Shown here: positions 1 through 9,618 of the stretch, piece after piece
Numbering within the stretch: position 1 is the stretch's first letter
Layout: each line of letters starts with the position of its first letter
Source: Burkholderiales bacterium
GTDB taxonomy: Bacteria > Pseudomonadota > Gammaproteobacteria > Burkholderiales > SG8-41
Assembly (NCBI GenBank): GCA_036398235.1
Contig: DASWHI010000140.1
Span: forward strand, 1 to 59,652
Reading direction: 5' to 3'
DNA length: 59,652 nt
The notes under the pieces: generated by a model
What the model was told of the DNA's origin: nothing
Database searches by the model: none
Seen by the model: the letters and a program-made list of their open reading frames with translations, nothing else
Translations under genes and position numbers: made by a program

Positions 1-602
1 AACCCGCCGAATAGCTGCAGCACCGCCCAGTAGATGAGCATCGCCCATGCCGGCAGTGCAAGCGACGTGAGATAGAAGCCCAGTGGCACCAAGGTGAATA
101 CCCGAACGCCCGGAAACAAGACCAGGTAGGCGCCCATCACCCCGCTGATTGCGCCTGAGGCGCCGACCATCGGCACCGTGGACGAGGGATCGGCGATCAC
201 CTGCGCGAGCGCAGCGGCGAGTCCGCTCAACAGATAGAACGCGACGAACCGGGGCCGCGTCATCGAGTCCTCGATATTGTTTCCGAAAAGCCACAGAAAC
301 CACATGTTTCCGAGCAGGTGCATCCAGGAACCGTGCAGGAACATGGAGGTGACGACGTTCTGGACCTGGCGGCCCGGGTCCGTGAGGCACACCAGTCCTT
401 CCCCCATGGGAAAGCGCGTGCCGGGAGAGACGGATGCGGTCAACTCCCCGGGAATGAGGCCGAGCTCGCACACGGAGCGCGCGAGCGAAAGCGTGGAGCC
501 TGCGCCCTGGACCAGCAGCCACACGAGCACGTTCGCTGCGATCAGGACGAACGTGACATACGGGGTTCGCCGGGTCTCGTTTTCGTCGTGATAGGGAAAC
601 AC
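1..602 (-). CDS. Rhomboid-family intramembrane serine protease (C-terminus cut by window edge)
   Basis: Own minus-strand translation from GTG at 600-602: VFPYHDENETRRTPYVTFVLIAANVLVWLL... Contains rhomboid motifs HLLGNMWFLWLFGNN and GASGAISGVMGAY. Absent from the ORF track because no stop lies in the window. Confidence 0.8.
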   Translation of the reverse strand, partial: MFPYHDENETRRTPYVTFVLIAANVLVWLLVQGAGSTLSLARSVCELGLIPGELTASVSPGTRFPMGEGLVCLTDPGRQVQNVVTSMFLHGSWMHLLGNMWFLWLFGNNIEDSMTRPRFVAFYLLSGLAAALAQVIADPSSTVPMVGASGAISGVMGAYLVLFPGVRVFTLVPLGFYLTSLALPAWAMLIYWAVLQLFGG

Positions 603-737
603 GGCTCAGCCGGTGGCGCCCTCCGATATGTCATCGCAAGCGATTGGCCTAATTGTGTCGGGCGCCCCGCGCGTCACCGGAGGTCAGATCCCCGGAGAAT
701 CACCGGGGCCCCTCTTCCGCCCCTCGACGCGCACCCG

Positions 738-1712
738 TCACCTGGTAATGGTAATTCCCGAAACCTTCACGATCTCGGTGACCCGCTTGCGCTCGGCGCT
801 CCGGAAGTCGTCCAGCTCCTTGCGCCCGCCGGCGATGATCTCGATGCCGAGCACCTTCAGCCGCTCGCCGAACGCCGGCGCGCGGGCGGCCTTGACGATC
901 TCTGCGCTCGCCTTGGCGAGCACGGCCTCCGGCGTGTCCTTGGGTGCCACGATGCTGTACCAGCCGAAGTTCACGAAGCCCGGCAATGTTTCCGCAATCG
1001 TAGGGACATTGGGCAGCCCCGGCGCGCGCTTCGCCGTGCTGACCCCGATCGCCCGCAGCCTGCCGGCGCTGACCTGGGGCCACGCGGCGGGATACACGGC
1101 GAATTGCATCTGGATCTCGTTGGCGATCGTGTCGAGGAGAGCCCCCGCGACGCCCTTGTAGGGCACGTGCAGCATGTCGATGCCGGCCGCTTGCGTGAAC
1201 ATGACCGTGGCGAAATGCTCGCCGCTGCCCGGGCCGCCGGAGCCGTAGCGAAGCCTGCCCGGCGATTTATTCGCCAGCGCGATCAGCTCGGCAACCGAGT
1301 TCGCCGGGAGCTGCGGGCTGATCGTCTGCACCCAAGGCACCAGCCCGACGAGCGAGACCGAGACGAAATCCCTGTCGAGGTTGAACGTGAGATTGGGATA
1401 GACCGAGGTCGCGACGAAGAGCTGGGAGGTCAGCATCATCCAGGTGTAGCCGTCCGGGTTCGCGCGAAGCGCCTGCTCCGCGCTGAGGATGCCGGCCACT
1501 CCGGGACGGGTATCGACGACGACCCGCTGGCCCCACACGCCGTAGAGGTGATCGGCAATGAGCCTGGCCATGATGTCCGGGCCCGACCCCGGAGCGCTGC
1601 CGATGATCAGCCGGATCGGCTTGTCCGGGAATGCGGGTTGAGCGGCGTATGCCGCCGAAGCTGCCAGGAGCGCCGGGATGGCGACCGTGGCCAACAGTCT
1701 TGTCGCACGCAT
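738..1712 (-). CDS. Bug/TctC-family tripartite tricarboxylate transporter substrate-binding protein
   Basis: ORF 738..1766. Start moved to the internal ATG (MRATRLLATVAIPALLAASAAYA signal peptide), which is preceded by GGAGGAGG. Family-typical PDKPIRLIIGSAPGSGPD and HVPYKG motifs. Confidence 0.85.
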   Translation of the reverse strand: MRATRLLATVAIPALLAASAAYAAQPAFPDKPIRLIIGSAPGSGPDIMARLIADHLYGVWGQRVVVDTRPGVAGILSAEQALRANPDGYTWMMLTSQLFVATSVYPNLTFNLDRDFVSVSLVGLVPWVQTISPQLPANSVAELIALANKSPGRLRYGSGGPGSGEHFATVMFTQAAGIDMLHVPYKGVAGALLDTIANEIQMQFAVYPAAWPQVSAGRLRAIGVSTAKRAPGLPNVPTIAETLPGFVNFGWYSIVAPKDTPEAVLAKASAEIVKAARAPAFGERLKVLGIEIIAGGRKELDDFRSAERKRVTEIVKVSGITITR

Positions 1713-1749
1713 GGAATCCTCCTCCTTGTTCTTGAATGATGTTGAGTCG

Positions 1750-2730
1750 CTATTCGATACGGGCACCCGAAAGCTTCACGACACTCTCGTACTTGTCGTA
1801 TTCGAACTTCAGCAGTCCGGCGAATTCCTCGACGGACATATGCATGGGATCGAGCGTCAGGGCCGAAAGCTTCGAGGCGACGTCGCGATCCGCCACCGCC
1901 TTCTTGAGCTCGGCGTTGAGCTTGTCGACGATCGGCTTCGGCGTGCCCGCCGGCACGAAAGTCCCCATCCACGAGGTAAATTCGTAGCCCTTCACGGTTT
2001 CGGCTATGGTCGGGATCTCCGGGAACTGGGTGGTCCGCTTGGCCGAAGACACCGCGATCGGCCGCACGCGGCGCGATTGGATGTGCGGGACCGTCTCCGA
2101 TGCCGGCGTGAGCATCATCTGTACCTCGCCGGACGCCATCGCGGCGGTCGCCGGAGCGCCCCCCTTGTAGGGGACATGGGTCAGGTTCAAGCCGGCCATA
2201 TTGGCGAAGAGGCTCGTCGAGAGATGCTGGAAGGCGCCGGGGCCGGCCGTGCCGTACATGATTTCACCGGGCCGCGTTTTCGCCAGGGCGATAAGTTCTT
2301 TCGTCGAGCGCACCGGCATCGAGGGATGCACGACGAGCATGCCCACCATCCGCGCGACCGGCGTCAACCCGATGAAGTCCTTCAGCGGGTCGTAGGGCAG
2401 CTTCTTGTAGATGTGCGAGTTGGCGAGGATCGTCGCCGAGTACACCATGACGGTATAGCCGTCGGGCGGACTCTTCGCCACGAGCGCGGCGCCGATTGTC
2501 CCGCTCGCGCCGGCCCGGTTGTCGATCACGAACTGCTGGCCCAGCTGCTCGCCCACTTTCCGGAACGCGAGCCGCCCGACGACATCGGTTGCGCCGCCCG
2601 GAGCAAACACGACGACGACCCGCACTGGCTTCGACGGGTACTGCTGCGCCAGCGCAGGGCTCGCAACGACTCCTGCCAGCACGAAGGCGGGAACCACGAA
2701 ATCCATGAGGGAAAGAGCAGACGTTTTCAT
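1750..2730 (-). CDS. Bug/TctC-family substrate-binding protein (second paralog)
   Basis: 326-aa ORF with a signal peptide, YPSKPVRVVVVFAPGGATD and HVPYKGGAPA motifs. Confidence 0.85.
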   Translation of the reverse strand: MKTSALSLMDFVVPAFVLAGVVASPALAQQYPSKPVRVVVVFAPGGATDVVGRLAFRKVGEQLGQQFVIDNRAGASGTIGAALVAKSPPDGYTVMVYSATILANSHIYKKLPYDPLKDFIGLTPVARMVGMLVVHPSMPVRSTKELIALAKTRPGEIMYGTAGPGAFQHLSTSLFANMAGLNLTHVPYKGGAPATAAMASGEVQMMLTPASETVPHIQSRRVRPIAVSSAKRTTQFPEIPTIAETVKGYEFTSWMGTFVPAGTPKPIVDKLNAELKKAVADRDVASKLSALTLDPMHMSVEEFAGLLKFEYDKYESVVKLSGARIE

Positions 2731-2871
2731 GACCGACCTCCTCCTTTTTTGTACGCAGGCACACGCTACGCCCGGCCCATGGCACCGTCAAGACACAGGC
2801 GCGCGCGGCGGGGCAGGGTGCGATAGCATTGGGTATCCACAAGGGGTAGCAGCCTCCGCAGGCCGCAAGGC

Positions 2872-4062
2872 ATGCACCATCTCCTGCTCGCCCTCGGGGC
2901 GACGTTTTTTCAGCAGACCTTTGTCGCGCTCGGCAGGGCTCTGCCTGCAGTGATCGCACCGGCGATCATCGCGGATTTGCGCCTCGATGCGGCCTGGATC
3001 GGCATCTATTTCGGCGTGATGGCCTTGTCGGCTCTCATCGCGCAGCTTGGGTGCGGGAGCTTTATCGTGCGCTATGGCGCCTTGCGAGTGAGCCAGATCG
3101 CCCTCGTCATGCTGAGCGCCGGAACTGCATTGGCGGCGCTGGGATCGCCCCTGCCGCTCGTCCTGTCGGCGATTATTGGCGGGGGTGGCGGGGCCGTGTC
3201 CACTCCGGCGAGCTCGCATCTGCTCAGCCGCTGCACCTCGCCGCGCTACCTGCCCCTGGTGTTCTCGATCAAGCAGACCGCGGTGCCGGCCGGCCTGCTT
3301 CTCGCCGGTGTGCTTGGGCCGCCGTTGACGGAATGGACGGGCTGGCGCGTGACGATGCTCCTGTGTGGGGCGGCGTGCGCCGTCCTGGCCCTGGTGCTGC
3401 AGCCCCTGCGCAGGACCTTCGATACCGACCGGGTGCCGACGCGCAGATTCCGGTTGTCGGATTTCAGGTCGACCTTGACCGTGGTGCTCGCCACGCCGGG
3501 CCTTCGCGCCTTGTCCTTCGCCTGCCTTGCCTTCAACGGGGTGCAGGCCGTCTTCACGGCCTATTTCGTCACCTATCTGACGACGATCGGCTACACGCCC
3601 GTGGCGGCGGGTTTCCTGTTTTCCGTGGCGGTGGCGGTCGCGGTGCCCGGGCGCATTCTCTGGGGCTGGATCGGTAGCACCTATGTCTCGCCCTCCCTGG
3701 TGATGGCGGGGCTTGCCCTCGGCATGGCGGGAAGTGCTGCGCTTCTTGCGCTTTCCAATGCGGGCTGGCCGGTGCTGCTGGTAGGCGTCGTCGCCTGCGT
3801 GCTCAGCGCCACGGCGCTCTCCTGGCACGGCGTTCTCCTGGCCGAAACCGCGCGCGCTTCACCGGAGGACATGCGCGGCGGAGTCACCGGTGGCGTGCTG
3901 TCATTCGGCCAGGTCGGCGCGCTGTCCCTGCCGCTCATTTATTCGGGTTTTCTCCAACTCACCGGCAGCTACGGCGCCGGCTTCATCGTGTGCGGCTTGC
4001 CGGCGCTGCTGGTCGGCGTCCAGCTGCTGCGCCGGAGGGCGTCCGCGCGAGCTGGAACGTAA
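2872..4062 (+). CDS. MFS transporter
   Basis: 396-aa highly hydrophobic ORF with about 12 predicted TM segments, divergent from the Bug genes. Confidence 0.75.
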   Translation: MHHLLLALGATFFQQTFVALGRALPAVIAPAIIADLRLDAAWIGIYFGVMALSALIAQLGCGSFIVRYGALRVSQIALVMLSAGTALAALGSPLPLVLSAIIGGGGGAVSTPASSHLLSRCTSPRYLPLVFSIKQTAVPAGLLLAGVLGPPLTEWTGWRVTMLLCGAACAVLALVLQPLRRTFDTDRVPTRRFRLSDFRSTLTVVLATPGLRALSFACLAFNGVQAVFTAYFVTYLTTIGYTPVAAGFLFSVAVAVAVPGRILWGWIGSTYVSPSLVMAGLALGMAGSAALLALSNAGWPVLLVGVVACVLSATALSWHGVLLAETARASPEDMRGGVTGGVLSFGQVGALSLPLIYSGFLQLTGSYGAGFIVCGLPALLVGVQLLRRRASARAGT

Positions 4063-4188
4063 CCGCGCGGATTTTGCGGCATTCCGGGATGTCGGTCGCC
4101 GGCAAAGTTTGATCCGCGTCAGTACGCCGTCTTGAAAAGCTTGGTTTAATCATTTATTGCCGAATCAAGACGGCAAAAGGAGGTAGCC

Positions 4189-4635
4189 ATGCTAGTCAAG
4201 GAAATCATGACACCCGGTGCGGACTCCGTAGCACCCGGTATGTCGCTGCAGGAGGCGGCGCACAAGATGCGCGACGTCAACATCGGCTCGCTGCCGGTCT
4301 GGGAAAACGGCCAGCTGCTCGGGATGATCACCGACCGCGACATCTGCTGCCGCGCCGTCGCCGAGGGCCGGGACGTGACACGGACCACGGTGCGCGAGAT
4401 CATGACCCGGGATGTGACGTGCTGCTTCAGCGATGACGATATCGCCGACGCGGCCCAGTTGATGGAGCGCAAGCACCTCCGTCGGCTCGCGGTGTTGAAC
4501 CGCGACCGCACGATGGCGGGCTTCCTGTCGGTGGACGATCTCGCCCATCACTCCCACCAGCTTGCGGGTTACGTGCTCGACTCCGCGCGTGCCACGCACC
4601 GTGATATGAGGACGGAGTCCTATATCTCGGCGTAA
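4189..4635 (+). CDS. CBS domain pair protein
   Basis: 148 aa with two CBS-like repeats (VKEIMTPG...LPVWENGQLLGMITDRDI and VREIMTRDV...LAVLNRDRTMAGFLSVDDL). AAAGGAGG RBS. Confidence 0.8.
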   Translation: MLVKEIMTPGADSVAPGMSLQEAAHKMRDVNIGSLPVWENGQLLGMITDRDICCRAVAEGRDVTRTTVREIMTRDVTCCFSDDDIADAAQLMERKHLRRLAVLNRDRTMAGFLSVDDLAHHSHQLAGYVLDSARATHRDMRTESYISA

Positions 4636-4646
4636 TAGAGTGTGAT

Positions 4647-4716
4647 ATGGGGACGGAGCCCTATTTCCCTTCCGCGCTCATCTAGCCACGGCGCGGAAAT
4701 AGGGCTCCGTTCCCAT
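4647..4716. repeat. 22-bp inverted repeat (hairpin) related to the GGAACGG-type elements
   Basis: atggggacggagccctatttcc (4647-4668) pairs with ggaaatagggctccgttcccat (4695-4716) with 1 mismatch. A solo half-copy, ggggacggagcccggtttcccc, lies at 6559-6580. Confidence 0.8.
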
Positions 4717-4888
4717 GTACTCGATTGACCCTCGTACCGATAGCGCGTATAAGTCATTCAGGCGTTTAGTTTCCTCTCCTTGGGCCCGCGGTCATTGCGG
4801 GCCGTACTTCCGGCCACGTCCTTCAGGGCTTGGGATTAAACATACCCCGGCTTGCCGCCGTGCGCAGTTTTGCGAAGGAGCGGGTACC

Positions 4889-5071
4889 ATGGATGAAATC
4901 GTCGGATTTGCCGAGTTGCGCTGGCTGCGGGAGCTTACGGTCACGACTCGGAAGCAGGCGATTCCCGAGCTCATCGGGGCGAGGCTCCTCAAGCGGAAAC
5001 TCGTCGAGCGGACGATCGGCGGCTTCGCGCTCACGACCCGGGGCCGGATCGCACTCCACAAGCTGGGTTAG
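4889..5071 (+). CDS. Hypothetical small protein (60 aa)
   Basis: Internal ATG of ORF 4715..5071, preceded by AAGGAG. No recognisable family. Confidence 0.4.
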   Translation: MDEIVGFAELRWLRELTVTTRKQAIPELIGARLLKRKLVERTIGGFALTTRGRIALHKLG

Positions 5072-5086
5072 CGGACCGGGCCTGCC

Positions 5087-5323
5087 ATGAAAGCGCAAAT
5101 GATGCACGTGGAGAGCGGCGCCGGCAGAGTCGTGATCGGCCCGAAAAAGCTGCGCAGCTGCTATGCCCGCATCGTTTCCCTGCGCGATGGCTCGGGGTGC
5201 ATCGAACGGTACGATCCGCGATCCGGGACCTGGTCTCCGGCCCACGAGAGCATCACGTTCAGCGAGGTCTGGAGCGCGCCGCACGCGCCGGCACTGATGA
5301 TGGCGCATACCGACGAGAGCTGA
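5087..5323 (+). CDS. Hypothetical protein (78 aa)
   Basis: ORF only. No recognisable family. Confidence 0.35.
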   Translation: MKAQMMHVESGAGRVVIGPKKLRSCYARIVSLRDGSGCIERYDPRSGTWSPAHESITFSEVWSAPHAPALMMAHTDES

Positions 5324-5332
5324 GCCGGGGCG

Positions 5333-5605
5333 TCAGCGGCGGCGGAGGTACGACGGCCGCGGCGCCATCACCGGCGGGGCGGTGGTGTCCTTGTGCCGGA
5401 AGTTGATGCGGCCCTTGGTGAGGTCGTAGGGCGAGATCTCCACGGTGACGCGGTCCCCGGCCAGGACGCGGATGCGGCGCATGCGCATCTTGCCGCAGGT
5501 GTAGGCGGTGATTGCGTGGCCGTTGTCGAGCGTCACCCGGCACTGCGTGTTGGGCAGCACCTCATCGACGACGCCCGCCAGCTCGATCAGTTCTTCTTTT
5601 GCCAT
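5333..5605 (-). CDS. infA: Translation initiation factor IF-1 with a C-terminal extension
   Basis: [72 protein letters not shown] matches the S1-fold IF-1 pattern. About 18 extra C-terminal residues. Confidence 0.9.
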   Translation of the reverse strand: MAKEELIELAGVVDEVLPNTQCRVTLDNGHAITAYTCGKMRMRRIRVLAGDRVTVEISPYDLTKGRINFRHKDTTAPPVMAPRPSYLRRR

Positions 5606-5849
5606 GTTCGATTTCCGTCCTTGATTCGATGGGACGCGCGAGTATGGGGGCAGGCGTCTCTCCTGGCAAGCATTCTTTCGGACAGGGAAGGGAGCGCCGG
5701 CGTGCTACAATGCGCGCATCGAATTTGCTTTGGGTCTGTCCGCGGTCTCTTTCCGGATCTCTCCGGCCGGTCATTTCGGTTATCTCCCATCGGTGATTTG
5801 ATGCGCCGCGCGATATCGTGCGGGGCAACGCCATATTCGGAGGACTTCA

Positions 5850-6056
5850 ATGTCAACCGGCACAGTCAAGTTTTTCAATTCCATGAAGGGCTTCGGATTC
5901 ATCTCGCCCGACGACGGCTCGCGGGATGTTTTCGTGCACATCTCGGCCGTCGAACGCTCCGGCCTCGGCACGCTGAACGAGAAGCAGAAGATCTCGTTCG
6001 ACGTGGAGAAAGGCAACGACGGCAGGCTTTCCGCGGCCAATCTGAAGACCGCCTGA
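5850..6056 (+). CDS. cspA: Cold-shock protein (CspA family)
   Basis: [34 protein letters not shown] carries the RNP1 (KGFGFI) and RNP2 (VFVHI) motifs. Confidence 0.95.
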   Translation: MSTGTVKFFNSMKGFGFISPDDGSRDVFVHISAVERSGLGTLNEKQKISFDVEKGNDGRLSAANLKTA

Positions 6057-6077
6057 TCCCGGCGCCGTCCGGGCAAG

Positions 6078-6104
6078 AAACCCCGCTTCGGCGGGGTTTT
6101 TTTT
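6078..6104 (+). terminator. Rho-independent terminator of cspA
   Basis: ccccgc-ttcg-gcgggg stem-loop followed by T8. Confidence 0.9.
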
Positions 6105-6246
6105 AGCCGGTGCGCTCGGCGAGCGCGATGAGGGAGGCATCGGCGCAGTCGCAGGGGAGGCTCGCGTACTGAGTGCTAACATGTGCGGGAGCCGGTGATA
6201 CGGTATTTGTCTCCGGCTGGCGGCTGATAACGGACGGCTTTCCCGC

Positions 6247-6555
6247 TTGTACAAGAAGTGCCCCAAGTGCGGACACGAACGCGCGGCCAGCGAGACCGGG
6301 CCGGAGGATGTCTGCGGCGCGTGCGGGCTGATTTTCTCCAAATATCTGAAGTCGCGCCTCGCGCCGGCCGCTCCCGTCGCGGCGGCGCGCGCGGCTGACG
6401 ACGGAGAGGACGGCTGGTTCACGCGCGCGAAAGAGCTCGCGTTCCACGTGCCGGAGGGGGTCAGCGCGCTCCATGTCTACGCGCGGGCGGCGCTGTTTGC
6501 CGCGCTGGTCGTCTACGGCGTGAAGTTGGCCGCGATGGATGTGCCGTCGAAATAA
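6247..6555 (+). CDS. Zinc-ribbon membrane protein, hypothetical
   Basis: 102 aa with a TTG start. CPKCGH...CGACG zinc ribbon plus a C-terminal hydrophobic helix (AALFAALVVYGVKLAA). Confidence 0.5.
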   Translation: MYKKCPKCGHERAASETGPEDVCGACGLIFSKYLKSRLAPAAPVAAARAADDGEDGWFTRAKELAFHVPEGVSALHVYARAALFAALVVYGVKLAAMDVPSK

Positions 6556-6580
6556 TTTGGGGACGGAGCCCGGTTTCCCC

Positions 6581-7978
6581 ATGTATTCACGCGACCCCGA
6601 AACCGAACGATCGCTCCAATATTCCGTGCGCGACGGCGTTGCGTGGTCGCTGATGTTCGGAGCGGGTGAGTCCTACCTTCAGGCATTCGCGGTCTTTCTC
6701 AAGGCAACAACCGCCCAGATTACGGCGCTCAGCGCGGTGCCCTTGCTGCTCGGCTCGATCGCGCAGCTCGCATCGGCCTGGGTGGCGGGGTATGCCATCC
6801 GGCGCAAGACCCTGATCTTCGCCGGCGTGGCGCTGCAGTCGGTGGCGTGGCTGCCGATCATCGCTCTCGCGTTCGTCCCACTCGAGGCTTCGGTGACCCT
6901 GCTCATTGCGGCGGTCGTGCTCTATTACATCGGCGGCCAGTTCGCCGCGCCGCCGTGGAGCAGCTTGATCAGCGATCTCGTTCCGGAGCGCCGGCGCGGC
7001 CGCTTCTTCGGCCGGCGCACGCAGCTGATGAGCATCATGACCTTCGCGAGCCTGACCGCGGCGGGGCTCACCCTGGGATTCTTCGAGCAGCGGGCGCTGG
7101 CGCACTGGGGCTTTGCAGCGATTTTCGCGATTGCGCTATCGGCGCGCCTCTACTCGCTCGCCCAGTTGATGGGCATGCACGAGCCGCTCGCGCGCCTCGC
7201 GCCGCTCACGCTCCCGCCTCTCGCCGGGCTGCTCGAGCGCATGCGCGGCTCGGATTTCAGCCGCTTCGCGCTGTTTGTCGCCTTCATGAACCTGGCGGTT
7301 GCCATGGCCTCGCCGTTCTTCACGCTCTACATGCTGCGCGACCTGCGGTTTTCCTATGTGGAGTTCACCGTGGTCAACGCGTTCTACGTGCTGATGCAGT
7401 TTGCGGCGCTCAAGCTGTGGGGCCGGCTGTCGGACGTGTTCGGGAATCTCCGGGTGGTGCAGGTGACGAGCACCGTGTTCCCGACGCTGCCGATCCTATG
7501 GGTACTGTTTCCCAATTTCTGGGCGATCATGGTGTTGCAGGTCATCTCCGGCGTCGCCTGGGCGGGATTCAGCCTCGCGGCGGGGAACTTTCTGTACGAC
7601 GTCGTGCCGCCGGCGAAGCGTGCGGCCTACAGCGCCGTGCACCAGGCCCTCTCCAATACGGCGATCTTCGGCGGCGCACTGATCGGGGGCTTGCTCGCCA
7701 CGCACGCGCCGCGCGAGCTGCAGCTTGCCGGTTATACGGTCGTCTTTACCAGCGGCTTGTGGCTCGCGCTCTGCGCCTCGGGCGTCGCGCGCGCGGTGGT
7801 GATCGCGGTGTTCCTGCGGCGGCTGCGTGAGACGCGCCTGGTGCGGCCGATCTCCGCGACGGCGCTCGCCATCCGCGTCATTCGTGCCAACGTGGTGGCC
7901 GAGTGGCTGTTCGAGTTGCTGCCGGGGCGCAAGCGCACGCCGAAGGACCGTCCCCCGCCGCCCAGCGGGTCCGGTTAG
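6581..7978 (+). CDS. MFS transporter
   Basis: ORF 6539..7978. ATG at 6581 (MYSRDPETERSL...) chosen as start. Multi-TM with a GRRTQ-type loop. Confidence 0.75.
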   Translation: MYSRDPETERSLQYSVRDGVAWSLMFGAGESYLQAFAVFLKATTAQITALSAVPLLLGSIAQLASAWVAGYAIRRKTLIFAGVALQSVAWLPIIALAFVPLEASVTLLIAAVVLYYIGGQFAAPPWSSLISDLVPERRRGRFFGRRTQLMSIMTFASLTAAGLTLGFFEQRALAHWGFAAIFAIALSARLYSLAQLMGMHEPLARLAPLTLPPLAGLLERMRGSDFSRFALFVAFMNLAVAMASPFFTLYMLRDLRFSYVEFTVVNAFYVLMQFAALKLWGRLSDVFGNLRVVQVTSTVFPTLPILWVLFPNFWAIMVLQVISGVAWAGFSLAAGNFLYDVVPPAKRAAYSAVHQALSNTAIFGGALIGGLLATHAPRELQLAGYTVVFTSGLWLALCASGVARAVVIAVFLRRLRETRLVRPISATALAIRVIRANVVAEWLFELLPGRKRTPKDRPPPPSGSG

Positions 7979-8001
7979 CATCGGCTGGCCACGCGCGGTA
8001 A

Positions 8002-9081
8002 ATGTATACCCAGGCCGTTCCATCCAGTGCGCTCGCGCGCAAGCTCGGCGCGGTCGCTGCGGGCACCAAGATTCCGTTTCGCGTGGTGCTCGCGGACGGT
8101 ACTGTCATCGGGAACCGGGGCGCGAGCCCAGCGTTCACGCTGACGTTCCGGACCCGGAGCGCGGAGCTCCGCACGGTCGCGTACGGTTATGTCGGCCTGC
8201 TGGAGTCGTACATTGCCGGCGGCGTCGACATCGACGGTGACATCGCGCTCGCGGTTCGCGCCGGATCCGAGAGCGGCTACAACCGGGCGCCGAACCTGTT
8301 GCTGAGACTGCGCAACCGCTGGCACGAGTGGCGTTTCTCGAACCGCTCGATCGCGCAGGCGAAGGCGAACGCGCGTTACCACTACGGCCTGGGCGAGGCG
8401 TTCTACCGCTACTGGCTCGATACGGCGGGCATGATGTACACCTGCGCCTACTGGGCGGAGGGCACGAGTACGCTCGAGCAAGCGCAGAAGAACAAGATGG
8501 ATCACGTCTGCCGCAAGGTGCGGCTGGAGGCGGGCGAGACCTTCGTGGATGTCGGCTGCGGCTGGGGCGGCCTGCTGTTTCACGCCTGGGAGAATTACGG
8601 CGCGCTCGGCACCGGCATCAACACCACGACCGAGCAGGTGGCGGAGCTGCGCGCCGAGCTCGCGCGGCGCGGGCTCACGGACAAGATCGGGCTCGTCGGC
8701 ACTCGCGACACCGAGCTCTTCATCCGCAAGTACATTTTTCCCGGCGGCTGGATCCCGAGCCTGGCACAGGCGATCGACTGGATGGAGCGCTGCGGTCTCG
8801 AGGTGCTCGAAATCGAGAATTTGCGCCGGCACTACGCGCTGACGCTCGACGCCTGGGGCGAGCGCTTCGACCGGAACTGGAACGCGATCCACGCCCTCGA
8901 TCCGCACCGCTTCGACGAGGCCTTTCGGCGCAGTTGGCGTGCTTACTTGTGGTCCTGTGCCGATGTGTTCCGATCGACCCTGGACCTCAATCTGTTTCAG
9001 GTGACCGTCAGCAAGGGAAATGTCGGGACCGGCTATCCGATGAGCCGGTCGTTCCTCTATCGCCCGCCAGATAAACCTTAG
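8002..9081 (+). CDS. Cyclopropane-fatty-acyl-phospholipid synthase family methyltransferase (apparently internally shortened)
   Basis: YHYGLGEAFYRYWLD, MMYTCAYW, VDVGCGWGGL, RKYIFPGGWIPS and a C-terminal LWSCADVF...LFQVTVSK, all typical of the CFA-synthase fold. Confidence 0.8.
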   Translation: MYTQAVPSSALARKLGAVAAGTKIPFRVVLADGTVIGNRGASPAFTLTFRTRSAELRTVAYGYVGLLESYIAGGVDIDGDIALAVRAGSESGYNRAPNLLLRLRNRWHEWRFSNRSIAQAKANARYHYGLGEAFYRYWLDTAGMMYTCAYWAEGTSTLEQAQKNKMDHVCRKVRLEAGETFVDVGCGWGGLLFHAWENYGALGTGINTTTEQVAELRAELARRGLTDKIGLVGTRDTELFIRKYIFPGGWIPSLAQAIDWMERCGLEVLEIENLRRHYALTLDAWGERFDRNWNAIHALDPHRFDEAFRRSWRAYLWSCADVFRSTLDLNLFQVTVSKGNVGTGYPMSRSFLYRPPDKP

Positions 9082-9196
9082 GGCGATGGCTTGCCAGCTC
9101 ACTTCTTCTTTTTGTGCGCCTCCGCCACGGCGCCATCGCCTGAAACCGCTGCGTCCGGCGTTGCTCGAGGAACCTCGCCCGATTTACGAGTGATGG

Positions 9197-9556
9197 GTGA
9201 TGTATACTGATTTGCCAGCGCGCCAGGTGCGCGGCATGCGGTGGCACAGAGGGCCCATGACCTACTTCGTGGAAGGATTGAGCGGGCACACCGAACCCGA
9301 AACCAGGGTGCGGCGGGTCGGCGAATACGATTCGCTGCCGGAGGCCGTTGCTGCCGCGAAGCGCCTGGTGGACGGCTACCTGCGGCGCGAGCATAAGCCC
9401 GGCATGGAGCCGCGGACGCTCCTCTCGAAGTACCAGGACCAGGGCGAGCATCCCTACATCTTCCGCGACGACGACGCGACCTTCAACGTGCCGGGATTCA
9501 ACCACCTTCACTACGCCACCTCGCGCAGCGGCGACATCTGCGCCGGGAAGAAATAA
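9197..9556 (+). CDS. Hypothetical protein
   Basis: ORF only. The start is uncertain (an ATG at 9257 is also possible). Confidence 0.35.
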   Translation: MMYTDLPARQVRGMRWHRGPMTYFVEGLSGHTEPETRVRRVGEYDSLPEAVAAAKRLVDGYLRREHKPGMEPRTLLSKYQDQGEHPYIFRDDDATFNVPGFNHLHYATSRSGDICAGKK

Positions 9557-9618
9557 CAGCACGCTTGCGTCCGGGAGGCGGCGCCGTCACCGGCGCCGTT
9601 TTTACGAGGGAAAGAGAA

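Noticed and set aside
318-1739. 473-aa plus-strand ORF overlapping the rhomboid and Bug genes.
   Set aside because: Antisense shadow ORF. The minus-strand products carry unambiguous rhomboid and Bug/TctC motifs.
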